Origin: the human T2T-CHM13v2.0 reference genome, Homo sapiens
Assembly (NCBI RefSeq): GCF_009914755.1
Contig: NC_060947.1
Reading direction: 5' to 3' (one strand)
DNA: 64,000 nucleotides
Below, in pieces: positions 1 to 14,069 of this stretch (its first letter is position 1; every line of letters starts with the position of its first letter). The position numbers and the translations under genes are program-made. The notes below the pieces were generated by a model, which saw nothing but the letters and a program-made list of their open reading frames with translations, ran no database searches and had not been told where the DNA came from.

Positions 1-75
1 ACACTACCTTTATTTCTGTTATTTCTCCCATCTCCTTCTAACAAGATGTTCAAGAATTGTATCTCTGTTAAAGTA

Positions 76-504
76 CAATCACGTGTCAATGATGAGGATA
101 TATCCTGAGAAAACTGTCATTGTGAACATCATAGAGTGTATTTATACAAACACCTAAGCATTATCATACAGTGTGGCAGACATACAAAGAGTTACATACA
201 AAAAGGTACAGAAAGGCTTACTAGTGACCTAGTGGACCACGAAGTGAACATCATAGCATGTACTTACACAAACCTACTACACACCTAGGCTAGATGGTAC
301 AGCCTATTGCTCCTGTAATACAGACCTGTACAGCATGTTACTATACTGAATACTGTAGGTAAGTGTAACACAATAGTATTTGTGTATCTAAACATATCTA
401 AACATAGAAAGGTAGAGTAACAATATGGTATTATAATCTTATGAGACCACTGTTGTCTATGTGGTCCATTATTGACAGAAACATCCTCATTTGTAACATG
501 ACTG
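76..504 (-). mobile_element. Tigger3-family (MER7-type) non-autonomous DNA transposon
   Basis: Degenerate TIRs (caatcacgtgtc... / ...catgactg), TA at 74-75, internal motifs gtgaacatcatag, tacacacctaggcta and tatctaaacatagaaa typical of Tigger3. Confidence 0.8.
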
Positions 505-634
505 CATATTCGCAAGTGGATTCCAGCCACCATTTTACAATAACAACAACAACTACATGCACAACAGCAAAAGCTAACAATTTTTTAGCACTGACTACAT
601 CCCAGCTACTGTTATAAGCACATCTCAAGGTGTT

Positions 635-945
635 CCACCAAGCTGGTGAGGCTGGGGGATGTCAGCAATGGGGTTAAAGGGTGCAAAGCCTCAGAAACGA
701 GGAAGACATTTGAGTTTTTTTTGAGATCTGCTGCACAGCATGTTGAATATAGCTAATAACTGAGTACCATACATTTCATAATTACAGAGAGTAAATTTCA
801 AATGTTCTAATCACAAAAAGATTAAATATTTGGGATGTATATGTTAATCAGCTCGATTTAATCATTCCACATTGTATTCAAAATTCATAACATCACTTTT
901 CACCAAATAAATACAATTATAATTTATTAATATATAATTTTAAAA
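635..945 (+). mobile_element. L1MA-type LINE-1 3' end fragment
   Basis: Matches old L1MA 3'UTR motifs (gagatctgctgcacagcatg, gagagtaaatttcaaatgttct, gatttaatcattccacattgta) and ends A-rich. Confidence 0.7.
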
Positions 946-1084
946 ATTCTGAGAGCCCACTAGATTTCTCAAGGGTTAACGAGATGCATGTGGGTCTTAG
1001 AACGCCAGGAAGCATAGCAACTATCTCCTTGGCGTCTCTGAGGAGGATGGTCTTGAAAACCAGATAAACACAATCTTTTACACA

Positions 1085-1265
1085 TCCCGCAAATATTAAC
1101 TGAGGGCTTCGTTTGTGCCAGGCATAGAGCTCTATGCTCTAGATGTGTTTACTCATCTAATCATCACAACACCACCATTGCTCCCATTTCACAGATATTT
1201 AATAGAACAGTGGAGAAACTTGCTCATAGACCCACGGTAAGAAGGTGGCAGAGTCAAAATGCAGA
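1085..1265 (-). mobile_element. MIR SINE fragment
   Basis: tattaactgag...gtgccaggca...cccatttcacagat...gtggcagagtca, MIR core in reverse orientation. Confidence 0.6.
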
Positions 1266-1421
1266 GAATAGATTTAGCAAATCAATTGGAGTCACCCAGT
1301 GAATGGTGTCATCATCTCAGCACCCAACTGGAAAGCTGCAGGATCCCTCTCTTCCTTTCCTCTCTATTCTCATGGATGTTAGAATAGTGCCTGGCACATG
1401 TTCAGCATGTTAGAAGAATTT

Positions 1422-2057
1422 TGTTGGGGCTCAGAAAACAGTATCTCAAAATGAAGACTGCTGCTGAGCAGCTTCAGAAGCAAAAGTTTCTCCTGACCTT
1501 CTCCTGTCCTCCTCTCAGTCCCATTTTGCCCTAAGGATAGCCATGGAAACTAGAATCCCTTTTCCCCAAGATAGATCATACAAATCAGAACCCCTTTTCC
1601 TGAAAGTCAGTCATAAAACCTAAAAATATTCTACGTAAAAACTGGCCATGAAGAAATGATCTGACCTAACTGGTTTGACTGTAGATCCTAAGACTCCTGT
1701 TCCAGACAGGGTCCTCTCTCACATCAAGAAGGAAGAAATGCTTCTCAGAGAGGCCAAGAATAATCTAGATGGACAGGCCTTACTGGGTTTCCCCTACTCA
1801 GTCCATTAGCATTTAAATCAGACCCTTTCTGTCCAATCACATTTCTACATGGCTGTCCACATATTGTTGAACCTAAGCATAAAAATGGACAACTGTCCAT
1901 TTTCCCCTGTATGTTAGGTATTCATTCCGAAGGTTTCTGTGTATACAAGTTAAATAAACGTGTATGCCTTTTCTTCTGTTAATCAATCTGCCTCATGCCA
2001 GTATATTTTCAGTGACCCTTTAGAGCGCAAAGGGGAAGTTTCTTCTTGACTCCCTTA
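1422..2057 (+). mobile_element. ERV1 solo LTR, MER39/MER39B-like
   Basis: Starts tgttggggctcagaaaac, contains cagaagcaaaagtttctcctgaccttctcctg and an aataaa near 1953, ends ...aaggggaagtttcttcttgactccctta. Confidence 0.7.
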
Positions 2058-3094
2058 GAGTTAGTAAATGAAATAGGTAAAAGACATGAGCCAACTGCTC
2101 CCACTAAATGAGTAAAACCATGCTTAAGATAGGCAGAATAAACACAAGCCCCTGTAAGCTGCAAAGTGAAGGCATTTAGTCAGGCCCACTAAACAAATTC
2201 TCTATGTGAATTCAAATGCTATAGATATGTTACTGATTTACTGTGTTATTCTTCTTTATTGGTTTTGGAGGTCTGAGACCATCACAAAGAGGCTCTTGTG
2301 GTCTATTCTTGGCATCTCACAACATCTCACAATGTTGTCATGGGTAAGATAACTGATAACTGTTTGTTGATTAGACTTTCCTGGGCAAATATAACTGAAT
2401 ACAGAGAAATCATAGACATAACTGGCTATGCTTACTTTAAAACTGTGAAGCTCTGTATAAACAACTAACAAAATGGGGCATATTGCTAAATCAATGAGAG
2501 CAAAGTACCCAAGTCCAAGGCTATTTTCAAATGATACGTTTACCTCCTCACACTAATCTATTCATTTTCATTCTTTGATTGGATTTTAAAGGTTTAGCTC
2601 AAGTGTGGTTCTCAAAAAAACTAGACATATTACTTCCACCTAGTGACCCTCTTGCCGCTATATTTTTCCCACCATTTTCATGATCAAGCTACTCTTAGAT
2701 CCATCCCCTAGAAATATGCTTTCTCTGAATAATCAAATTATTCAATCCTTTTTTGTAGATTCTGCTCAGGGCTTCCCTATGACGTCTGGCTTGCTCTGGT
2801 ATTTTGGGTGCTGATGAATCTTAGAGATATACACATATATTCTCATTAATTTGCAACTTTTTTCTTGATGCAAACAAACACAAAGCAATCAAAACAAAAA
2901 TGTTCTAGAGGACACATACATTCCCTTATCCACAGTGCAGGGCCACAGGGTACAGACAGCAGAAAGTCATGTGTTTTGGCTTGCTGGTACTACCAGAGAT
3001 CTTCATCCCTATGCTTTGTGAAGTGAATACATCAAAGTGCCTCTCTTCCAAGATGGTTTGACTCAAGTTCATGTTGATGAATGCATTTTAGACT

Positions 3095-3490
3095 AAACTT
3101 TTTTATTTTGAGATAATTTTAGATTCACATTCATTTGTAAGAAATAATATAGAGCCATCTCCTATACTCTTCTCCCAGCTTCCCCCAGTTGTAACATCTT
3201 TCATGACTATAGTATAATGTCACAGCCAGGAAACTGACATTGATTCAACTATCTTATTTAGAATTCACAAGTTTTACATGTTATCATTTGTGTGTGAATG
3301 TGTGTATGTGTGTGTATTTAGTTATATGCAATTTTATCACATATGTATCTTTGTGTGACAACCACAATAGTCAGGGCACAGAACAGTTTCATTGCCACAA
3401 GGATTCCTCTTGCTACCCCTTTACAGCTATTTGCACCTCCCTCTCAACTCATCATCTTCTTAAATCTAGCAACCACTAATCTGCTTTCCA
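3095..3490 (-). mobile_element. L1MC-type LINE-1 3' end fragment
   Basis: ttttattttgagataattttagattcaca...gtaagaaataata...ttcccccag...gcaaccactaatctg, reverse complement of an old L1MC 3'UTR. Confidence 0.7.
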
Positions 3491-3673
3491 TATTCAATGA
3501 AGGGAGGATGTCCAACTGGGCAGAGGCAACATCCAGCAGGAGACAATTACACAATCATCGAAGAAGATGCTCAGATAAATTGCAGTTACCTTCTCCACTG
3601 AGAACAGTAAGGCTATGGCGTCATTAGAAAATTATGTTCTTTATTCTTAAATAAATCCAAGTAGGATGGGGCT

Positions 3674-4045
3674 TGATATACTTTGGCTGTGTTCCCACCC
3701 AAATCTCAGCTTGAATTATAGTTCCCATAATCCCCACATGTCATGGGAGGGACCCGGTGGGAGGTAACTGAGTCAATGGGATGGTTACCCTCATGTTGTT
3801 CTCGTGATAGTGAGTTCTCACGAGATCTGATGGTTTTATAAGGGGCTTTTGCCCCTTTTGCTCAGCAAGTCTTCTTGCTCCTGCCATGTGAAGAAGGACT
3901 TGTTTACTTCCCCTTCCACCATGATTGTAAGTTTCCTGAGGCCTCCCCAACCATGCTGAACCATGAGTCAATTAAACCTCTTTCCTTTATAAATTACCCA
4001 GTCTCCAGTATGCCTTTATTAGCAGCACGAAAATGGACTAATACA
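3674..4045 (+). mobile_element. THE1 (THE1C-like) MaLR solo LTR inserted in the GOT2 retrocopy 3'UTR
   Basis: TG...CA termini (tgatatactttggctgtg...ggactaataca), characteristic body, degenerate 5-bp TSD gggct/gggta. Confidence 0.9.
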
Positions 4046-5733
4046 GGGTAGATGGTCAATCCAGCAGTAGAATGGGATGAAAATCTAGGATAGTTAAAAA
4101 TCTTTGTGCATAAGGAAAAGAATAGCATGAAAAAGGAGAAGAGATAGCCTTTTCTTTTTCTTAAATGAGAGGAAAAAGCACCTTTTATTTTCCTTGCTGC
4201 AGTGGCAGCAAACTCATTGGTTTTCATAAAACACAACTTCTGCGATATGGTCTGTTGATAAGGTTGCTCCATCATGGGAGGACAAACTTGAGGCTGACTG
4301 TTAATGACAGAACTAGGTCTTCTCTCAAAGCCTCTAATGTGTGCTATTTCTCATGAAGAACCCCTGACACCGTAAGATGCTTCAGTTAAAGCTTCTGAAA
4401 TATTGCAGTGGCATAATTGACAAGTTTTTTGGTGCTATGAGTTTCTCACACATGTAAACCCTTTCGGAAAAGTTGGAGATAAAAAGATGGGGGAGAGTTT
4501 GGTTTAGAGTCACAAAGTTCCAGATACCAGCCACAGATGCCTCTGCCCAATGTCGCTACATGTTCTTTTCTGAGAAATGCATTCAATCACTCAGTATTAC
4601 GCACTGTGGTTAAAAAAAAAAAAAAAGATCTACTCACCACCATCTACCCTCCCTTATCCTCCATGTGAAGCTCACGGTAGCAGCAGCTGAAGACAGAAAA
4701 GTTGTACCTGTTCCCTCACACCAGGGACATTACTTGGTGACCTGGTGAATGGCATAGGCAAGATTACCCGTGTTGCTGGAGGTGATCCCTGCCACAGGGA
4801 TGCAGTCATCCTTTGTCATACAGATGGAAAACCCCTTGGTTAGCTTCTCCACCTGTTCAGGCTTTAGCCTTGTGAAACAAAGCATGCCAATTTAGTCAGT
4901 CATGTGTTGTCAGATGTGTGAGGAACTCTCCTTACTGCAGTTGGAGATCAGCTGAGTCTGCATGCTAGTAATGCAGTTGGCCATGATTTTCACTTCTTGC
5001 AACCATTATTTTCACAAACCCAGGCTGTTCAGAATGGTAGAGGCAATACAGGCCCCACTGAGAGAAGGGTTGGAATACATGGGATGGATCAGGATCTTCA
5101 ACTGACTCCCCTCTTTTGGTTTCATTCACTGTCTTTGCAGATCACAGTGAAGGCTCTCATACACTGACCATATAAAGCCCATGTTCTTGGCACATGATTG
5201 ACAGAGACAAACATTAATGCTCTGTTCAATGAAGTTGCACACAGCCCAGGCATCCTTGTTACCATCACCACTGGCAAAGCCTTGGTAGGCCATATCAAAG
5301 AACGCAGTTTCTTTTTCTTTGCCACTATTATTATTTCCTTTCACTGCTTTGCATGAGGGTCCCAGGCATGCAGGAGAAGAGCACTTTGCTCTGGTATTTT
5401 TGAAATGTCCTCCATAGCACCCGTGAAGTCAAAACTGCAAGTCTTGGGGTTATAGAATTGATAATCTTGTAGTTGCATGCCAGCTACCCTGAAGATAGGT
5501 GTGTGATTTCCCCAGGGTGGTTTGGACAGAGACATCTCTGTCTTCAAAAACTTTAAAAATCTTTGCACAAAACTGGCTCCAACCCTTAAACCCCAGTTCC
5601 AGAAATGATCCACACAGTGACAGACTGGCCACTTTTCAACACTTTGCTCTTCTCACCCAAGGCTGGTTCTGCAGATGCCTTGGAAAATTCAGCTTGTCCC
5701 CAAATGGGCAGGTATTCCTTGTCTAAATTTTTT

Positions 5734-6156
5734 TATTATATTTTAAGTTCTGGGGTACATGTGCAAAATGTGCAGTTTTGTTACATGGATATACACATGC
5801 CATAGTGGTTTTCTGTACCCATCAACTCGTCACCTACATTAGGTATTTCTCCTAATGTTTTCTCTCCCCTAGCCCCCAACCCCGTGACAGGCCCCGGTGT
5901 GTAATATTCCCCTCCCTATGTCCATGTGTTCTCATTGTTAAACTCCCACTTATGAGTGAGAACATGCGCTGTTTGGTTTTCTGTTCTTGTGATAGTTTGC
6001 TGAGAATGATGGTTTCCAGCTTCATCCATGTCCCTGCAAAGGACATGAACTCACCCTTTTTTATGGCTGCATAGTATCCCATGGTGTATATGTGCCACAT
6101 TTTCTTTATCCAGTCTATTATTGATGGACATCTGGGTTGGTTCCAAGTCTTTGCTG
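5734..6156 (-). mobile_element. L1PA7/8-like 5'-truncated LINE-1 inserted in the GOT2 retrocopy CDS
   Basis: ORF2 C-terminus MWHIYTMGYYAAIKK...; L1 3'UTR; 15-bp TSD ttgtctaaatttttt at 5719-5733 and 6157-6171. Confidence 0.93.
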
Positions 6157-7674
6157 TTGTCTAAATTTTTTATGGTAATCTAACTGGGTCTCTTATTGTC
6201 CCGGTAGGCACCAACTCCCAGATTCATCTTTTTGCTGTTGATTTCCCTCTTAAAGGCTTTGGTGGTTCCCAGGATGGGATCTGGAGGTCTCATTTCCACA
6301 TGGGCCCACAAGGAGCTGGCTCTGGCAGAGGCCATGGTGGGGAGGCCTAGGTAAAAGGTGGCAGCGATCCCCTAGAGGACACGGCTGGAGTGGAGCAGGG
6401 CCGGGTCATGGTGGACCTTGAGAGTGCAGTGGGTAGGCACAGGACAAAGTAGAAGGCAAGAAGGTGCAGAACCAGGGGGCATGGACTCCTGCTGAAGGTC
6501 TTGTTTTGTATTAGAAGACCTCCACAGTGGAGTGAAAAATGAAGTCACTTCTCTGTATATTTTGAATTAAAGCTTGCACAGGTGTTTCAGCCTGCTAAAT
6601 AGTTCAACCTGGACTATTTCAGCTCTGAATTATTCAAATAATTATTTTTAAAATATTTTAAATTTAATTTAGCACACAGAGAATGCCTCTGTGTGAAGTA
6701 AGTGGTGGCAATTTAAAATAACTAATGATCATAATTATTGGAATCTAGTCTCCTGGGCATTTTCTACTTCATAATTTACAGGGAGCCTATGAGAGTTCAA
6801 ACACACTGTATTTTCGCCAAAGGAGTCTCATGCTTTGTCTGCATTTTATGGCTTCCTTTGCACCTGGAGCAGCTATTTTAGGACTGTCTAGACAATCACC
6901 CCAGCTTTAAAGGTCTTTTCCTTTCTTTTCACATAGTCACTGAGCATGAAGGATAATAAATAGATGACGCTGGCACTCTCTCACCAAAGATACTATTCAA
7001 ATAGAGACAGGAACAAGAAGGCCTTTGCTCTGGCTCACAAAATCAAGATGCCTTAATATACAGCCCCAGATGTCTACCAATTGGCCAAACTTGAAACCAA
7101 CAAGAAGGCCTTCCAATGTCCACATCTCTGTAGTAGCTGGATCATACTTTTTGGTTGAGCTGCGTGAAATGGTTACTATTTGACCATCTTGGACATATAA
7201 AAATGGCAATTTAAGATGTTTCGATCCAAGAGATTTGGGAAAGAATTTGGGAGTGCTCTGTTTCCTTTTTTCCTCTCCAATTCCCAAGCAACATTCATCT
7301 GGGTTCTAGCAAGGACCCAGAATGCACAGCTTCTGCAGGCCACTTTTGCCACTACAGGGAAATAATGCAGCCAAGCATGATTCAGGAACATTTCCTATAT
7401 ACGTGTCCTAGGTAAGACCTAAAAGTTAGTAAGTAATATATCCCAGGGAGACGTACACCGGGTCAGTTTACTTCACCCCTCACAGTCATTTCTTTCAAGA
7501 GGTAAGAGACACCTTTTAAGCTCTCCACAGGACTCCTACAGCCCACCTGTCCCCAGGCTCTTTAATGGGTTCCGAGATTGCATCCCAATCTCAGACCCTC
7601 CTGGGAATATTCCTACTTGGTACTCTCTGATGGTGAAAGTATTTCATTTTGTAGGAAAAAAATACACAAGGGTA

Positions 7675-7790
7675 GATATCTATAGATATATAGATGTACA
7701 TTGCATATAATATACAATATAATATTCAATTACATTATATACAACATACACTATATATGTATTTTTACATTATATACTATATATATAATA
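7675..7790. repeat. AT-rich low-complexity (TA-rich) tract
   Basis: Degenerate tata/taca repeats visible directly. Confidence 0.7.
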
Positions 7791-8257
7791 CGTCACCTAG
7801 CAATGATCAGTTTTATTTGTTTCCTTATAATGTTAGAGTATTTCTCAGTACAACAAGATGTGCACATATTAATTTTCTGCTAACATCATACCATTTCTAC
7901 TGTCGTGTTCAAGAGCTATCTCCACCCTTTACTCTGTCCCACTTTCTCCACTGATGATATGTGTAACATGAATCAGTTTGGAGGTCTGAAGTCCAAAGCA
8001 TTTCTCCTGAGTATAAACTGGAGCTTCAAAAACAAGAGCAGCCCAAGAAGGCTGGGCCAAGGGCTGAGAAATTTCATATCAGTGCCACTCACAACTGCAA
8101 ACTTTGTGCCAGGCACTGGGCTAAATGCAATGGTAAGTATGGGGATACAAAGTAGATGAATACTCAGTCTCCACTTAAGCAGATACAATTCTTATAGGGG
8201 AATAAAATTACAACACCAAGTGGAGCAAACACAGCATAGAACCAAGTCAACAGATGT

Positions 8258-8715
8258 TGTCTTACTTCATTTTGTGTTGCTATAAAGGAATAGCTAAGGC
8301 TGGGTAGTTAATAAACAACAGAGGTTTATTTTGGTTCAAAGTTCTGCTGGCTTTACAAGATAGATGGCACTGGCATCTGCTTGGATTTCAGCAGAGCTTT
8401 TGTGTTCCATTAAAATATGTCTGAGAAGGTCAAAGAGGAAGCAGACATGTGCAAAGAGGGACCAAACCCAGGGGTGTCCTGGCTTTCTAGCAACCCACTC
8501 TTGCAGGAACTAATCAATTCCCCTGAGAACCAATCTAGTGTCAAGAGTGAGAATGCCCTCACTGCCATGAGAACAGCACCAAGCCATTTATGAGGGATCC
8601 ATCCCTGTAACCCAGACATCTCCCACTATGCCCCACCTCCGATATCACCATGCTGACCGTCAAATGTCAACATGAGATTTGATGGGGACAAACAAACCAT
8701 GTCCAAACCACAGAA
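8258..8715 (-). mobile_element. MST-family (MSTB/MSTC-like) MaLR LTR
   Basis: tgtgttgctataaaggaata...aggctgggta...caagccatttatgagggatcc...caacatgagattt...ccaaaccac. Confidence 0.75.
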
Positions 8716-9069
8716 AATATGGATTCAAATTCTCCGAGGGCCATGGCTTATGAGCAGCGTTATTAGGGCAATTTGCTTAACTTACCCTATTTCCTCCCTT
8801 GAGTATCAGTTAATAATAATTTGAATCTTACTTGGCATTTAATAAGATAATTACTGAAAATTTATGTCAGGTAGAGTGAGACTGGCAAACTTAAAATACT
8901 ATAAATGCAAGCTCTTATTTTTAGTGAGCATCCACTGCATGCATATACTACCCCATTTCATCCTCAGCAGTCTCAATCTTTTAATGTATTACTACTTTCT
9001 TCCTTTTAGATAGACAAGTTGGGCAAAAATAAGTTAATTAATCTCCCCACTAACAGAAGACTCTTTCCT

Positions 9070-11445
<2,376 letters not shown>

Positions 11446-11459
11446 ACAGAGTGGAGAAA

Positions 11460-11715
11460 AACGGTCAGATTAATACAGTTCCAACAGATCAATGGTTGCC
11501 AGAGCCTGAGGGTGAAAAGAGGGGTTGACTACGAAAAGGCAGAAGGAAGAGATTTGGTGGTGGGGGTGGGGGTGGGGGGTGGTATATATAGAATTCTTCT
11601 GTATCACAATTGTGATGTTGGCTACACAACTTTATGTATTTGTCAAAACTGATAGAACCATACCCTCCAGAAGGTCAATTTTACTCTATGTAAATTAAAA
11701 AATAAATTAATAAAA
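11460..11715 (+). mobile_element. Old L1M (MC/MD/ME-type) 3' end fragment
   Basis: cagatcaatggttgccagag...G-rich tract...tatttgtcaaaact...ttttactctatgtaaatta. Confidence 0.6.
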
Positions 11716-14069
11716 TTATGATTCCAAAACCCATGTCAACCCAGAACAAATCTAAGATTCCAAGATTCACAGGTTTAGAGTTTTTTTGTTGTTGTTGTTC
11801 TGGTGGTGGAGGGTTCAGTTAACTTCCTGTGTTCATGGTCAAAGTACTGACTCAAAACATACTTCCCTATTTTTCATTTATCAGTTTAAAGAAAGGAAAC
11901 CGGAAACAAAATAAAGATGTGAAAGATAAATAATACAAGAAAAAGCACAGTAGTAAAATAATATTTAAACTAATCATGTGATAAAATGTCAGCATTTATT
12001 CATGACATTTGGCTCTGTTTGTATTGGATCACCCCAGCAGGGCAGTGGCTGTGGGTTGATTTCATAATAGTGCCTCCCACATGTACGCCCACGCCTGACC
12101 TCTGCTTTGTGCAGTTGATAATGACTAAACTTCACATATTATGCTGACAAAATCTACTCCTTCCCTGGAGGGCTGTTACACACAGGGAATTGGAGTTTCA
12201 CAGCTGAACAATGTTTCTTTCTCAAATTCTGGGATGATCCACTTCCATTAGAACAAAGTTATACGGGCTGATAAATTGCTGTCTTTTGCCAAAGTGTTAC
12301 TCATCATCGTATATTCACCCAACAGATGCCACTGAGAAACCCCATCCTATCAGGGGGAAAGAAGGATGCAGAGATATGAATAGACTGTTTAGACACAAGT
12401 TGCATTCCCTAAAGTAAGCACATGACATACGAATTTCACCTTATGACATTTCCCCCACCCCCACCCCCACTGACTTTCATCCATTAGAACGTGTTGATGG
12501 ATATACCATTTCAAAATGAAATATTTGGATATCTGACTCTGATTTGGGGAAAGGGGAAATGGTGAGCTAATTTCCTCTTTTATCAAGCTGAATCACTAAG
12601 TTCGCTCTGTTGCCATGCACGCATAAGTAATGCCATAGCAACCTCTCAGTTTGCTCTTAAACACACAACAGCAGAAGTATGCGAATAGGTACATTTTTTA
12701 ATCCTTAGATTTTCTTAGCAGCTTAAGTTTTATAAGACATTTTATGGCACCGGATTATTTAGTTCACCTTTGGTAGTCTTATTGCTGACTGACACATATA
12801 TCATCAATACCAGCACAACAGAAAGGCTTAGTTCTTGGAAAATTTTCCAATAACTTTCCTTTATTCTCAATCTCTAGCTCACAATTAAAAATTTGCACAT
12901 TGGACGCTATAGTCTGGATCCTCTTCAGGATTTTCTTTATAAAGATCCTAACTTTAAATGGGACTGAAATATATAATTTGAAATTCATGAAATATAGAAA
13001 TACATGGACCTCTCATATAGCTATTTAAGTAAATTCAATGAAAGTGTCATTATCACTTGGTATGTACTAGGAATTATGTCAGGTTCTAGAAAGAAAGAAA
13101 ATCTTTACTATCAAGGGATTCAGATGAACTCCTGTAGAAAATAAGGGATGGGTACTCTTGAATTCTGCCACTTTGAGGTTTAGATTTTTATGCCTACAAA
13201 ATATATGGTAACACCTAACTTTATACTAGTTTAAGAAAAGTCCATCTAAATTGAGAAAATGTGGATTTTTAAATAGTTTTATTACCTCATGCATTTCTTC
13301 ACAAATGTGTACACTTCTTTCTACTGGATGACAACAAAATGAGAGCACTAGTACTATGGAAATGCCTTTTACAAAACACCATGTCACTGCTCTCTGTCAA
13401 GTGTCTTTGGCTGATAGACTGGATGAATAATTGACTTGTTCTTGAAATACCTGAAATGGGCTTCAGATTCCATACTTGAATCTAACATTATTTAGCCACT
13501 TCTGCCAAATATTTTAATTACTTAAGGAGTTAAGGTTTTGTTATTTTATAGAGAGGCAATACACTTCAATAAAATTTTAGATATCCCATCCACCCTTCCA
13601 TGAGCATATGTTAATGTATCCAAAGCTAAGGGAATTTGGATCAAGTCATTTTCACTTAAGCACTTATGTATAATTTGAAGGATACACATCAGGAAACAGA
13701 AAATATCAACTTTCTCATTGACCAGATGCGTTTAAAAATGTCTCAGTGAACTGGCATCCCTTCATTTCCGATCAGGTAGAGAGCTGTGCATTCATAAAAC
13801 TACTAGGCTTGTTCTTAAGCAAAGCTTGCTGTTGCTAGCTCTTGCTGCTCTTAGAAGTGGGAGCAAAAGGTTTGATTCTATAGGGCTGTCCTGATTGTAA
13901 CTATAGAATTAGGAAGCCCTCTATATTTCTTGATGAATCATATTTTAAGTTATTTGTATACTATGATAAAATGATTTTTAACTTTTAGGAATATTAACTT
14001 GAGGCCTTAATAGATGGTCCCCAGGGTTAATATTCATTTGAAATGCTAATATAGAGAAATTCTTTACAT

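Larger units (their letters stand above)
3488..6470 (-). pseudogene. GOT2P: Processed pseudogene of GOT2 (mitochondrial aspartate aminotransferase) with 5'UTR, CDS remnant (ATG 6409-6407, stop 4732-4730) and most of the 3'UTR
   Basis: Minus-strand translations give [22 protein letters not shown]...[11 protein letters not shown] (PLP-lysine motif), [38 protein letters not shown]-terminal ..AIHQVTK*. Colinear with the mRNA and intronless, with multiple frameshifts, stops and deletions. The exact GOT2P number cannot be assigned from the sequence. Confidence 0.95.

Noticed and set aside
4612-4626. A15 run as the poly(A) tail of the GOT2 retrocopy
   Set aside because: Wrong strand (it is poly-T in the retrocopy sense), and GOT2 3'UTR-like sequence continues on both sides.
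13286-13450. 165-nt minus-strand segment bounded by AG and GT
   Set aside because: Stop codons in all three frames; only a non-coding exon would be possible and there is no evidence for one.
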